IMG/VR virus record: IMGVR_UViG_3300048574_000100
Span: 1 to 33,321 of that record
Reading direction: 5' to 3' (one strand)
Source of the DNA: a virus
Taxonomy: Duplodnaviria > Caudoviricetes
DNA length: 33,321 bases
A model generated the notes under the pieces. The model made no database searches. It had not been told where the DNA came from and saw only the letters and a program-made list of their open reading frames with translations. Within the stretch, counting starts at the first letter, position 1. Each line of letters begins with the position of its first letter. Below, one piece after another: positions 17,749 through 26,987 of this stretch. Made by a program: the position numbers and the translations under genes.

Positions 17749-18240
17749 TTACGGGTTCGTGTCGCCCTGCGTGCGCAGGGTAAAGCTGTCTGCGTAGGCT
17801 GCCGCCGCTGCGTTAACCGTCCGCCGCACCCATACGGCCTTGTGCGCACCCGGCCCCAGGTCGCCAATGCTTAGCCCGCCGGCCAGCGATGACGGAGCGG
17901 AAAAAATGACGCCGGCCGGCGCCGTGTTTTCGTCCGTGACGGTCTGCTCCGTGCCGCTGACTGCCGAGGTACCGAGGCCGATCGCAACGTCGGTGTCCGG
18001 CGATGGTGTATTTGTTTGAATCCAGATCTTCGCGCCGAGCAGCGTCAGCGTTCCGTGATTGTTCCGCACGTAGATGCAGCGGTATTCGATATCGCCCGAT
18101 GCCGCCTCTGCGCTGGATACGTCGTCGAAATAATTGCTTGCCGCCGTGCTGGACAGGGCGCCCCCCAGGGAAACCGACGGATCGGCGTTGGCGGCGCCGC
18201 CAGAGAGGCGGTATTGGATATCTGACGAAACAATTGGCAT
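17749..18240 (-). CDS. Putative virion structural protein (163 aa)
   Basis: Start reassigned to ATG 18240 (AAGGAG RBS); SLGG...FDDVS..EA.SGDIEYRCIYVRN...AVWVRRTV. Confidence 0.7.
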   Translation of the reverse strand: MPIVSSDIQYRLSGGAANADPSVSLGGALSSTAASNYFDDVSSAEAASGDIEYRCIYVRNNHGTLTLLGAKIWIQTNTPSPDTDVAIGLGTSAVSGTEQTVTDENTAPAGVIFSAPSSLAGGLSIGDLGPGAHKAVWVRRTVNAAAAAYADSFTLRTQGDTNP

Positions 18241-18253
18241 TTGTGACTCCTTT

Positions 18254-18478
18254 TTAAGTCTGTTCCCTAATGCGCGCAGCACCGAAGACGATTCGGCGCG
18301 CCTCGTCATACATCTCGAAGGGTTCCGGGACGATCAGCCCGAGATAGGCCGACGGTGGGAGGATCAGGCCCATGTCCTTGAGCCCGCGCATGCAGACGCG
18401 CGCCTCCCACTGCCCGCGGCCAATCTCAACTTGCCAAGTCCAGTAGTCGGCCTGCTGTTGTGCCGTGCAGATGTGCAT
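18254..18478 (-). CDS. Hypothetical protein (74 aa)
   Basis: ATG 18478 overlaps the portal TAA (TAATG); MHICTAQQQADYWTWQVEIG... Confidence 0.55.
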   Translation of the reverse strand: MHICTAQQQADYWTWQVEIGRGQWEARVCMRGLKDMGLILPPSAYLGLIVPEPFEMYDEARRIVFGAARIREQT

Positions 18479-20862
18479 TACTGCAGCGTCCGCACGACCT
18501 CGACGCCGGCGATGTCCCCGTTGTCGTCCCGGATGACCCGCTTCGGCGCCGTCAGGCTTTCCTGCATCACGGACAGGCTCTGCGAGAAGTTCGCCGCCAT
18601 CGCCTGCATGGCTTTCTGCAGCTGCTCGATCATCTGCACGACCTGCTGATTCGCCACGTCGGAAACCTGAGCCTGCTGGACCGCCTGCGCCTCGTCCTGG
18701 CGCTGCTGATGCTGCGCTTGGCAGGCTGTCATCATGGCCTTGGCCATCTCGACGCGCTCCTGCGAGGCAATGCGCTCGCGCTCCAGGCCGGCATTGATTT
18801 CCGCTGTCTTTTCGGCCGCCACAACCTGCGCCTGCGCTTTGATTTCCGCCGTGCGGATCAGCGCCGCCTCGTTGCGCGCCGAATCCTCGGACTTCAGGCG
18901 GATTTCCTCGCCGGCCTTGGACTGCTCGAATGCCAGTTTCTCGCGGCTGAAGGCGATGTCCTGCGCCTTTCCGTCGGCCACCTGCTTGAGTTGCGCGTTT
19001 TCTTCCTGCATCTGCTGCATGGCCTGCTGCATTTGCTGGACCTGCTGCTGCAGTTCGGGCGGAATCGTCGGCTTCTGCCCGCCTGCTTCCTGCTGCGGCA
19101 TGAACGATTCGATATCGATCCGCTCGTCGAACCGGCGCAGCGTTTCTTCCATGAGCTTCAGCATCATCTCGGCCATGTCGTTCTGGCCGGCCTGCCGGAG
19201 TTGCATGATTTGCGACATGGATTCCTGGATTTGCGGAAGCATCTGCCCCCACTGCTCGCGTTCCTTGGCCTTGTTCGGACGACCCGACGAGCCGGCGCGG
19301 ATTTCGATCTGCACCAGATCGAAAATCTGTTCCTTGTTCATCTGCGGCCAGACGGACTCGGCGCCGGCGATGCGCTGCACCTGCGGCAGCGTCATTTCCT
19401 GCAGCAGGATCTCCGCGGCGAACTGCGCCATGTCGGAAATCCAGTCCTCGACGACATCCTGGCGCTCGGCGACGCGGGATTGCAGCCCCTGCGCCATGAT
19501 TTCGGCTTCGGTCGCCGTCTTGGCCTTGTTGACCACGCCCTTGCTGGCGTCGCCGGCGCCGAGCACCAGCTCGGCATCGCGCAGGATCGGCGCCACGTCG
19601 TAGACCGCCGGATCGATCGGCGGATTCGGCAGAACGGCGATGTCTTTTTCGATGGGCGTGTCGGGATTTCCCTCGATGCCGACCCACTGATTCGGGCTGC
19701 GGTTCGCCAACGCCTTGACGTCGTTGTCCGTCAGGTCGCTGGATTTACGATACACGCGGACGGGCAGATTTTCAGCGCGATGCTCGGCGAAGTTCGTCCG
19801 CGTCGTCGAATACTCGTCCTGCAGTTCCTTGAGCAGTTCCGCATCGGAGATCGGATTAACACGACCATCAACGGGGTTGAACGCCAAGGCGAAGAACGGG
19901 TAGAAGCGCTGCCCGATGTGCTGCGGCACGTAGGGTTCGCGCGCCCACTCGTCGGCGCCGGCGCACAAGGTGTAGACCGTGTTCGACGTCCGGTTCCAGC
20001 ACTCGAACACCGCGACGAGCAACTTGTCTTCGTCCTGGTCGATGCTCTTGCCGAATTCCTTCTTGTCCGAGCCGTAGCGGTTCGCCGTCTTCGGCGCGTC
20101 CTTTCCGAAGGTCTGCTTGTACTGCTCGCAGCGCATCCAGACGCGGTGCGCGATGGTGTCGGCCTGATCGTACTGGTCGAAATCGTAGATCGTGTCGTCG
20201 AGAACGAAAATATCCTCGGTCAGCACGCGATCGATGACGATGCCTTCGACGACCGAGACTTCCGCTTGCTGCTGCAGCGCTGACAACTGCTGTTCAAGCT
20301 CGCCCTGCTTCGCCTCCAGCTCCGCGCGCGAGTCGTCGCCTTCCTGAATCTCATCGATCAGCATCCGCACACGCTGCAGGTTGTCCTGCGTGTCGGCGAT
20401 GCGGTTCTCGATCAGCGGATCGGTGCGAATGTCCTTCTGCCAGGAAACCTTCGCCCAGCCGATCGAGGTCGTCATGGCCGACCGGATAGCGGATTTCGTC
20501 CGCTTCTTCAGTCGGCCCTCCTTGACGAATTTCCGGTTCAGTACGGCCTGCAGCGTCTTGCAGAACTGCGGAACCCATTTGACAGTGTCCCCGGCCGCTT
20601 CCGTCGGCGTGACGGCGATTTCCGGATTCTTGGCGTAGATCTGCGGGATGATCGCCGCGAAATTCGAATGGATGATGTTGGTCCGGACGAGGCCTTTCTC
20701 GCCATCGTCGCCAACGTCTCCGCGGACGTAGGCGCGCAGTTCCTTGAACCGCTTCTCCTGCTTGTCCTCGCGCTGCTTCTTCAGCGCGTCTTCGAGGCGC
20801 TTCCCCCACTGCCGGGCGAGGGCCTTCTGCTGCTCGCTCAGTTCGTCGGTTTCGTCCATCAT
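18478..20862 (-). CDS. Portal protein with long C-terminal coiled-coil barrel
   Basis: Start at ATG 20862 or 20859; VRTNII, FYPFF, KTATEAEI motifs; Gln-rich C-terminal helix; downstream of the terminase. Confidence 0.88.
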   Translation of the reverse strand: MMDETDELSEQQKALARQWGKRLEDALKKQREDKQEKRFKELRAYVRGDVGDDGEKGLVRTNIIHSNFAAIIPQIYAKNPEIAVTPTEAAGDTVKWVPQFCKTLQAVLNRKFVKEGRLKKRTKSAIRSAMTTSIGWAKVSWQKDIRTDPLIENRIADTQDNLQRVRMLIDEIQEGDDSRAELEAKQGELEQQLSALQQQAEVSVVEGIVIDRVLTEDIFVLDDTIYDFDQYDQADTIAHRVWMRCEQYKQTFGKDAPKTANRYGSDKKEFGKSIDQDEDKLLVAVFECWNRTSNTVYTLCAGADEWAREPYVPQHIGQRFYPFFALAFNPVDGRVNPISDAELLKELQDEYSTTRTNFAEHRAENLPVRVYRKSSDLTDNDVKALANRSPNQWVGIEGNPDTPIEKDIAVLPNPPIDPAVYDVAPILRDAELVLGAGDASKGVVNKAKTATEAEIMAQGLQSRVAERQDVVEDWISDMAQFAAEILLQEMTLPQVQRIAGAESVWPQMNKEQIFDLVQIEIRAGSSGRPNKAKEREQWGQMLPQIQESMSQIMQLRQAGQNDMAEMMLKLMEETLRRFDERIDIESFMPQQEAGGQKPTIPPELQQQVQQMQQAMQQMQEENAQLKQVADGKAQDIAFSREKLAFEQSKAGEEIRLKSEDSARNEAALIRTAEIKAQAQVVAAEKTAEINAGLERERIASQERVEMAKAMMTACQAQHQQRQDEAQAVQQAQVSDVANQQVVQMIEQLQKAMQAMAANFSQSLSVMQESLTAPKRVIRDDNGDIAGVEVVRTLQ

Positions 20863-21179
20863 TCCACCCCGCGAACTTCGACCGTGGCCTGCAGGCCGGT
20901 GGAAGTGTCGAGCGCCTTGCACAGCTTGATCGTCTCGCGCAGGCCTTCCTGCGCCCGGTCCTCGGCGATCTGCGGCATGAATTTCGGCGCACGCACGACG
21001 ATGAAATCGCCGTTGAACGCCTTGCCATTCACGGAGTAGATCCAGAAGTCGCCACCGATGTCGGACGGAACGTGCGCTTCGAATTCAGCGGACGGAGATT
21101 CCATCGCCAGCAGTTCGGCGACGGTCAGGTTCTGACGATCGGCAGCCAGGCCGTTCAGGACGCGCGACAGTTCGTTCAT
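20859..21179 (-). CDS. Hypothetical protein (106 aa)
   Basis: ATG 21179, 6 nt after the candidate -10 (leaderless); ATGA overlap with the portal. Confidence 0.65.
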   Translation of the reverse strand: MNELSRVLNGLAADRQNLTVAELLAMESPSAEFEAHVPSDIGGDFWIYSVNGKAFNGDFIVVRAPKFMPQIAEDRAQEGLRETIKLCKALDTSTGLQATVEVRGVE

Positions 21180-21186
21180 GGGCGCG

Positions 21187-21218
21187 TTATAAGCGCGCAC
21201 CCTTCAACGTGACGAAAA
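21187..21218 (-). promoter_or_regulatory. Candidate late promoter, copy 1 (upstream of the portal operon)
   Basis: - strand TTTTCGTCACGTTGAA-N10-TTATAA, immediately after the terL stop. Confidence 0.65.
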
Positions 21219-22652
21219 TCAGCGCAACGAGCGGTACTTGCTGGCCGTCTTCGGGTCGTCGGTGATTTCCAGCAGATGGGCGAAGGTTCCGGGCTTGGCC
21301 TTCTTCACCCCTTCCGATGGGACTCGCGCATCGCGCATGCGGTCGAGGTAACGCCCGAGCAGCGAACACACATCTACCGCATCATCGAACACGCCTACCG
21401 GAAACGTGAGCAATTGCCGCAACAACCGCTGCGAAAAATCCTCTTTCATCGGGAAATAGACCATTCCGGACGATGCCATCGCCTGGAACGGACGCGCCCG
21501 CGTCGGCTTGTCGGTAACACTCGGCAACCATTCTAGGCTGCACAGGCTCCGCCTTTCCCGCATCCGGCGCTTCAGGAATGGCTCGATGCTCCGCCGGATC
21601 GGACCCGCCTCGCCGATCCACGCCTGCGGCTTCCAGCGGTCAATCAGGTCAAGTTGCGTCTCTATCCACACATCGGACGATGTTTGCCCACTCCACCAGT
21701 CCAGCATGTACAGGTCTCCGTCGTTATCCAGCCCGAACACGCCGTGTTCCGTGAAATCCCCATCGTCAGCAGTCACGGCATAATCGCTTGCCCCGTAGAT
21801 GCGTAAATGCTTCGGCGGATTCTCGTAGGTTTTGAACCAATCGCGCTTGAAATAATCACCTGTGTCAGGCGTCGGGCGCTGCATGTAGAGCGCCTGCCAT
21901 TCCCGCTGACCGATCGTACGCTTGATCCGGTTCAGCGCCTCGATGTCGTACTGGTCCGGCCATAGCGCCTTTCCCTGTTCGTCGATAGCAGGCAGATCGA
22001 TCACCGTCCATCCTTCGTGCCCGTGCTCCGACAGAACCCACCCGATCAAGTCGTCCTCATGCCATCGTGTCGCCATGATGATGATGGCCCCGCCAGGCAT
22101 CAGCCGCGTGTATGCCACGGACGCATACCATTCCTTAAGCCGTCTCCGGTGCGTCTCGCTGTCGGCTTCCTCCCGGCCCTTGATCGGGTCATCGATCACC
22201 ATCAGGTGCGATCCTCGCCCGGTTGCTGGCGCCCCTACTCCGAGCGCGAAATACGCGCCGCCCTGTTCTGTACCAAACCGGGAAGCGCTCTGCGAGTCCT
22301 CCGACAACACGCACTGCGGGAATGTCGCCTTATGCTCCGCGCTACGCATCTGATTCCGCACCTTGCGCCCGAAGTCGTCGGCCAAATCCTGGCCGTAGGT
22401 CGACGTGATGATGTACTTGTCCGGATTCCTACCGAGAAACCACGCCGGGAAATATTCTGACGTAAGCATAGATTTCCCGTGCCGGGGCGGCGCCTGCAAT
22501 ATCAGGCGGCTTATCTCCCCGCGCTCAACCGCCATCAGCGCTTCGGCAATCCTCCGGTGATGCGCTCCGATGCGATAGCCGGGGAACTGCAGGCGCACAT
22601 ACGCAAGGAGATTGCTGTGCGCCAGCGTGAGGATGTCAATCTCACTTGCCAA
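21219..22652 (-). CDS. terL: Terminase large subunit
   Basis: Walker A PPRHGKS, Walker B VIDDPIKG, TRWHEDDL, C-terminal FPVGVFDDAVD; probable TTG start at 22652. Confidence 0.95.
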   Translation of the reverse strand: MASEIDILTLAHSNLLAYVRLQFPGYRIGAHHRRIAEALMAVERGEISRLILQAPPRHGKSMLTSEYFPAWFLGRNPDKYIITSTYGQDLADDFGRKVRNQMRSAEHKATFPQCVLSEDSQSASRFGTEQGGAYFALGVGAPATGRGSHLMVIDDPIKGREEADSETHRRRLKEWYASVAYTRLMPGGAIIIMATRWHEDDLIGWVLSEHGHEGWTVIDLPAIDEQGKALWPDQYDIEALNRIKRTIGQREWQALYMQRPTPDTGDYFKRDWFKTYENPPKHLRIYGASDYAVTADDGDFTEHGVFGLDNDGDLYMLDWWSGQTSSDVWIETQLDLIDRWKPQAWIGEAGPIRRSIEPFLKRRMRERRSLCSLEWLPSVTDKPTRARPFQAMASSGMVYFPMKEDFSQRLLRQLLTFPVGVFDDAVDVCSLLGRYLDRMRDARVPSEGVKKAKPGTFAHLLEITDDPKTASKYRSLR

Positions 22653-22929
22653 GTATCGCCTCTGCAATCGCCTTCTGATGCTCTGGCGACAGGCTGCCGA
22701 TGACATGCGTCGCAGCAACGTCGGCCTTTATTTCTTTCGGCAGGCACTTCCCGATCAAAGTGACAAACGAGGATGCCGTCTTCGGGTCGTTCGCGCACCT
22801 GACCAGGTACGCCACTCCACCAAGCTCGTTCAACGCGCCAACCACCATCGCACGAATGTCGGACTGAACCCTGTTCTGGCTTCCCGGCTTTCTCCCGCCT
22901 GTTTTCGGTGATCCTTTTTGACGCGCCAT
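22642..22929 (-). CDS. Terminase small subunit-like protein
   Basis: KTGGRKPGSQNR, GGVAYL, FVTLIGKCLP motifs; directly upstream of terL. Confidence 0.7.
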   Translation of the reverse strand: MARQKGSPKTGGRKPGSQNRVQSDIRAMVVGALNELGGVAYLVRCANDPKTASSFVTLIGKCLPKEIKADVAATHVIGSLSPEHQKAIAEAILGK

Positions 22930-22940
22930 TCTATTTCTCT

Positions 22941-23210
22941 CTATTTTAGATTCCTGCCGAAGAAGATGTCTTCGAGCATCGCCACGCCGTCTTCCGTCCG
23001 CTCGACCCTGATCGCCCGCGAGCTGCGTCCGGACCGGAATCGGGTGTAGGCGATTTCGCCCTGGTCAGCCGCCCGGCGCAATACCGAGCGCACGGTGTTG
23101 GGCTTCGCTCCGGTCTCTCTCACGATGGCGGCGACCGTCTGGCAGAACGCGGCCTTCTGCATGACGATTCCGCCGATCGTTTTCTTTCTTCCAGAGTTTC
23201 GTCCGCCCAT
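22941..23210 (-). CDS. Small HTH DNA-binding protein (candidate late regulator)
   Basis: TVAAIVRETGAKPNTVRSVLRR helix-turn-helix pattern; last gene before the terminase. Confidence 0.55.
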   Translation of the reverse strand: MGGRNSGRKKTIGGIVMQKAAFCQTVAAIVRETGAKPNTVRSVLRRAADQGEIAYTRFRSGRSSRAIRVERTEDGVAMLEDIFFGRNLK

Positions 23211-23217
23211 ATCACTC

Positions 23218-23499
23218 CTAAAGTACGCCCACCTTTCCCGCCCGCACCAGCCTATCCAGCGTCAGCACGATGGCGCGGTCCATCTCCGCCCGGCGTTCGG
23301 ATCGCGTCATCTCTACGCCGTGGTCGATGAGGAAATGGCAGTTCGGGCACAGCGCCGCAGTGAGCGCGTCGGATACCTTCGTGCCCATCCCCTTCCCCTC
23401 GTTGCGGTGCGCGGCCTGGACACCGTGGGCGCCGCAGCAAACGCACTCGCCGAGGTCGCGGACGGCCTGCAGCCATTTCTCGGAGCGGTAGGGCTTCAT
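23218..23499 (-). CDS. DUF1364/DUF968-like zinc-binding putative nuclease
   Basis: Start ATG 23499; CVCCG...AAHRNEGKGMG.K.SD...LCPNCH. Confidence 0.75.
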   Translation of the reverse strand: MKPYRSEKWLQAVRDLGECVCCGAHGVQAAHRNEGKGMGTKVSDALTAALCPNCHFLIDHGVEMTRSERRAEMDRAIVLTLDRLVRAGKVGVL

Positions 23500-23882
23500 A
23501 CCGCAGGCCTCCACTCGTCCGACCATTGCACATTCCGCTGCGCGCCGAAGGCGTAGATCAGCTCGATGAACTCAGCGAACTCGCGCTTACCCATCTGGCT
23601 CGTCCGCTGGCCACACACGACGAAGCCGCCATCCAGTCCGGGAACGACCTTCTGCCGCTTGAGCGAAGCGCTGAACACGTCCTTCCATTCCTCGCTCGTG
23701 AGCCGGTTCCCGTACCACTCGACCTGCTGCGACACGTCGCTGAGCATCGCCCAAAGCTTCGCATTTTGGTCCAACGTCCGCGTCGCCTCCTTGAGCGTCA
23801 TCACGTATCCGTCCGGCGCCGCGTCGATGCTCCGGTGCGCGGCCGCACGGGCGAGTGCGTTGTCGAGCTTAAGGACGATCAT
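23496..23882 (-). CDS. ninB: NinB/Orf-family recombination protein
   Basis: RTLDQNAKLWAMLSDVSQQVEWYG...EEWKDVF...TSQMGKREFAEFIELIYAFGA. Confidence 0.88.
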   Translation of the reverse strand: MIVLKLDNALARAAAHRSIDAAPDGYVMTLKEATRTLDQNAKLWAMLSDVSQQVEWYGNRLTSEEWKDVFSASLKRQKVVPGLDGGFVVCGQRTSQMGKREFAEFIELIYAFGAQRNVQWSDEWRPAV

Positions 23883-23885
23883 TGG

Positions 23886-24236
23886 TTAAAACTCACCGTC
23901 CAAAATTTCTTTCATCAGCTGGTATGTCTTTGGAGCACTGCGCGCCTTACACCAACCGAGACCAGCCTCATCAAGGAACGACTGTTCGATTTCGTCCCAC
24001 CTGCCAACGAGTTTTCTCCAAGCAGAAGAAAGCGCAGCCATATCACCAAGATGATCGCGTAATCCAGGAGCTGCAATCAAAAGCTTGATGCACCGGTCCA
24101 GATCATCTGGATCATGTGGATGGCTGAAACTTCTTTTCTTGATTCCGAAGCCGAGCCAGAACGCCATCGTCTCACTGCTAACTCCTGTGTACTGGTGAGC
24201 GAACCATGAAATAATCTGTTCCTGTGTTTCTGTCAT
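23886..24236 (-). CDS. Hypothetical phage protein (116 aa)
   Basis: TGVSSETMA...HPHDPDDLDRC motif; lower GC than neighbours. Confidence 0.7.
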   Translation of the reverse strand: MTETQEQIISWFAHQYTGVSSETMAFWLGFGIKKRSFSHPHDPDDLDRCIKLLIAAPGLRDHLGDMAALSSAWRKLVGRWDEIEQSFLDEAGLGWCKARSAPKTYQLMKEILDGEF

Positions 24237-24406
24237 TTCTTCCCCTCACGCATTCGTGAATTGATGATCGACCGCACACGTTCCGCGGTCCGCTTGCCGT
24301 ACTGCTTCTCCCACATCTCTAGGCACGTTTTCACGTACCGCCGCCATTCGCTTGTGCGGACCATGCCGAGGACGAATTCGGCGAGATGTTCCTCGATGGG
24401 CTTCAT
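24233..24406 (-). CDS. Small hypothetical protein (57 aa, not in ORF track)
   Basis: MKPIEEHLAEFVLGMVRTSEWRRYVKTCLEMWEKQYGKRTAERVRSIINSRMREGKK; ATGA overlap with the next gene. Confidence 0.55.
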   Translation of the reverse strand: MKPIEEHLAEFVLGMVRTSEWRRYVKTCLEMWEKQYGKRTAERVRSIINSRMREGKK

Positions 24407-24413
24407 GAACCAC

Positions 24414-25328
24414 TCAATTCCCGTCGAAACACGCCATCAGGTCGAGCGGACGGCACTTACTCGACGCGAGGTACTGCTGGCTGCCGCGGTCGAACCACAG
24501 GGCGATGCGCCCCTCCCATTCGCCGTGCCGCTGCTTGTCGACGATCACCAAGGCATCCGGATCGTCCGACTCGATACCCTTGGCCTGCAGGGCTTCCTTT
24601 TTCTTGTTCCGCCATACCGTGATGCAGTTGTCGACCTGGTCGGTGATGGCACCTGTACCCTTGGCGTCCATCTTCCCCGGCGGGCTGTTCTCGTCGCTCA
24701 GCTTCCGCGAGTGATGCACGACGTGGATGTGCATCTGCCGGTCCCTGGCAACGGCGGTCAGTTCGTCGATAAACCGCTTCTGGCCGTTGTAGTCGTCCTC
24801 CGGGATGCCGCACTTCATCAGCGAGTCGATGACGATGTGCGTGCCGTTGAGCTTCGTGGCGAAATACCGGCACACGGCGATGGCGCGCTCCGGCTTCACG
24901 GTGCCCTGCTGGTCGTACATCCACAACTTTCCGTCCGTCCAGGCGTGGAAGTCGCGGATGAACCCTACCGACGGCTCCGGCCCCATCGACGCCTGCCGGC
25001 ACATCCGCGCCAGCGTGGCAACCGGCTTCATCTCGAACGACTGGATCAGCGCGCGCTCTCCCTGCGACATGAATCCCGTCATCAGCTGTCCGAGCAGCAT
25101 CGATTTCCCGTGCCCGTTCATCCCGAGCCAGAGCGTGACCTCCCCGGGCCGGAAGCGTATCGAGAACTCGTACCTCCCCCATGGCAACCTGGCGCCGGTG
25201 TGCGTCTGCGGGTTGTGGAACCGATCGATCACCTCGTCCAGGAACGACGACGCCGGCTTGACGTTCGCCGACTCGTCCGGCTCCTGCACGTAGGCATCGA
25301 AATTGATCGTGTCGTCCAGGACTTCCAC
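24414..25328 (-). CDS. DnaB/SF4-like replicative helicase
   Basis: GTG start after GGGAGG; RPGEVTLWLGMNGHGKS Walker A, IVIDSL Walker B, HVVHHSRK, DKQRHG. Confidence 0.88.
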   Translation of the reverse strand: MEVLDDTINFDAYVQEPDESANVKPASSFLDEVIDRFHNPQTHTGARLPWGRYEFSIRFRPGEVTLWLGMNGHGKSMLLGQLMTGFMSQGERALIQSFEMKPVATLARMCRQASMGPEPSVGFIRDFHAWTDGKLWMYDQQGTVKPERAIAVCRYFATKLNGTHIVIDSLMKCGIPEDDYNGQKRFIDELTAVARDRQMHIHVVHHSRKLSDENSPPGKMDAKGTGAITDQVDNCITVWRNKKKEALQAKGIESDDPDALVIVDKQRHGEWEGRIALWFDRGSQQYLASSKCRPLDLMACFDGN

Positions 25329-25329
25329 G

Positions 25330-25716
25330 CTACCCTCCCAGTCCTTCGAATGCCCGTTTATCCGCCAGGCCAAACGCCCGGAATGCTTTGGACTGCGGGC
25401 GAAAACAGCCCCATCGCAGGCTGATGCCGTCTTGCTTGTCGGCCAGCCACAGGCCGAGGTAATCTGGGGCTACGTGGTCGATGGCGTCGAGCGTCCGTTT
25501 GACGAGATGCGGCTCGATCGTCGAATTCGCGACGACGAGGACATCCAGCCCAACGGCAAACCGCCAGTCGTAGCCAAGACCCGGCTTGGCGATGATTACT
25601 GGGTTCTGCTCCCGCAGAGGGCCGATCAGCGAGACCAGCAGCATGTGGGCCGGTCGTTTTCCGACCTGGCGGAGCTGCTCCACTTCTCGCGCTCCGTACG
25701 GAGTCCTAGGCGTCAT
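25330..25716 (-). CDS. Hypothetical replication-module protein (128 aa)
   Basis: Start ATG 25716; DWRFAVGLDVLVV motif; between initiator and helicase. Confidence 0.65.
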   Translation of the reverse strand: MTPRTPYGAREVEQLRQVGKRPAHMLLVSLIGPLREQNPVIIAKPGLGYDWRFAVGLDVLVVANSTIEPHLVKRTLDAIDHVAPDYLGLWLADKQDGISLRWGCFRPQSKAFRAFGLADKRAFEGLGG

Positions 25717-26497
25717 AGCCCATCGCTCCGTCGAAGATCCCGTGCGATACGGGGACACGGGGTGCCCTGTCCTGCTGGCGGGACAGCCAGCCAGCCAGGA
25801 ATCGAGCGTAGTTTTTCTTTCGGTTCTTCGGATTGGCCACCAGCCAAGCGGCAGCCTTGAGGATTTCGCCCTCAACGTCGATGGCAGGGTAAGCTTCCCG
25901 CCAGAGATCGAGCTGGCCGTTGATGTTCTGGAACCTGCATCCGTCGAAAACGATTTTTTCGTTTTCGACTAACGGTGTTGACTCTTCTTCTCTTCTCTTC
26001 TCTTCTCTGTGGTTACGCGTTACGTCACTTGTTACGTCACTTGTTACGTCACTTTGTGACTTTTTCCGGTTCCGATATTCACTTTGTCGCTGCGCTCCGG
26101 TCTTGGCAGAAGACCTTCGATCTTGCCCGCAAGTATTGTATTCACTGAAGTTCGGCAAAATTACGCACTCATTTGCTTCGTCGTATATCGCCCATCCGAC
26201 ATGAACCATGGCTTCGCCAAAACCAGGAATCCCGACCATATCATCGATGTCTGACAGATCGGCGTTATGGAAAATGCCGTCAGTTGTGTGCTCGTTTGCT
26301 GCTCCCCAAATAACGAGTAGTGACGCGACCGTTACGCTACGCATAACGCTTCGCGTAACGATTTCAGACATAGGTCCGCTAAATCCCGTCGAAAGCGCCC
26401 GACTCGTTTCCCGTGATTCTTCGAGGAATCGAGCGATTCCATTCACCTTTGGGCTGGTGAGTAGCGACGGGCGCATCTTGATCCAATCTCCGGCCAT
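25706..26497 (-). CDS. Phage replication initiation protein
   Basis: MAGDWIKMR N-terminus, REEKRREE linker, internal iterons, C-terminal WLVANPKNRKKNYARFLAGWLSR. Confidence 0.8.
   Translation of the reverse strand: MAGDWIKMRPSLLTSPKVNGIARFLEESRETSRALSTGFSGPMSEIVTRSVMRSVTVASLLVIWGAANEHTTDGIFHNADLSDIDDMVGIPGFGEAMVHVGWAIYDEANECVILPNFSEYNTCGQDRRSSAKTGAQRQSEYRNRKKSQSDVTSDVTSDVTRNHREEKRREEESTPLVENEKIVFDGCRFQNINGQLDLWREAYPAIDVEGEILKAAAWLVANPKNRKKNYARFLAGWLSRQQDRAPRVPVSHGIFDGAMGYDA
26019..26054. repeat. Three tandem 12-bp iterons (candidate phage origin)
   Basis: GTTACGTCACTT at 26019, 26031 and 26043 within the initiator gene, beside a TCTTC-repeat tract. Confidence 0.75.
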
Positions 26498-26625
26498 CAC
26501 TTCCCCCTCAGCCCGGCCAGCAGCGTCTTCAGCAGGATCGACTCCTGCTGGCGCTTCACGTCGCGGCGTTTGATGTTTTTGAGGTGCGCCGCCATGCGCA
26601 GCGCGTCGAGGAATTGAGATTTCAT
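26497..26625 (-). CDS. Small hypothetical protein (42 aa, not in ORF track)
   Basis: MKSQFLDALRMAAHLKNIKRRDVKRQQESILLKTLLAGLRGK; overlaps both neighbours (ATGA, TGATG). Confidence 0.55.
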   Translation of the reverse strand: MKSQFLDALRMAAHLKNIKRRDVKRQQESILLKTLLAGLRGK

Positions 26626-26987
26626 GCCGGCCTCACCAGCGGATCAAGGGCTGCCCACACGTCGGCCACGGAGCGGGCCACGAACGCGACAGCGCCGTTT
26701 TCTGACGCGCGGGATAGGAACGCCTGCTGCTCGGGCGAAACGACGCCAGAGGGCCGCTTGACCTCGATGGCGAGCAGACGCCCGTCGCGCAGTTGCCCAA
26801 GGATGTCTGGCTGGCCCTTGAAGCCGAAGCGGATGAACTGTGACGCGCCATTGAGGCGAAGCAGCTGGCCGGCGCCGGTGTTCATGCGCGCGTGCCAGAC
26901 GACGGCCGGGTGAATGCGCAGCGCCCGCAGAATGGCGGACAGGACCGCGGATTCGGTCGGCTCGGGGCGCTTGAGGCGGTAGGTCAT
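26622..26987 (-). CDS. VRR-NUC (PD-(D/E)xK) nuclease
   Basis: KGQPDILG...AIEVKRP.G.VSPEQQAFL. Confidence 0.85.
   Translation of the reverse strand: MTYRLKRPEPTESAVLSAILRALRIHPAVVWHARMNTGAGQLLRLNGASQFIRFGFKGQPDILGQLRDGRLLAIEVKRPSGVVSPEQQAFLSRASENGAVAFVARSVADVWAALDPLVRPA

Noticed and set aside
4256-20283. Long + strand ORFs (4256-5170, 6646-8049, 10365-11483, 12574-14148, 14334-15359, 18460-20283)
   Set aside because: Antisense shadows of GC-rich - strand structural genes; no recognisable motifs
26019-26054. Shared CGTCAC core between iterons and the late-promoter motif
   Set aside because: Only 6 bp shared; insufficient to infer a common binding protein
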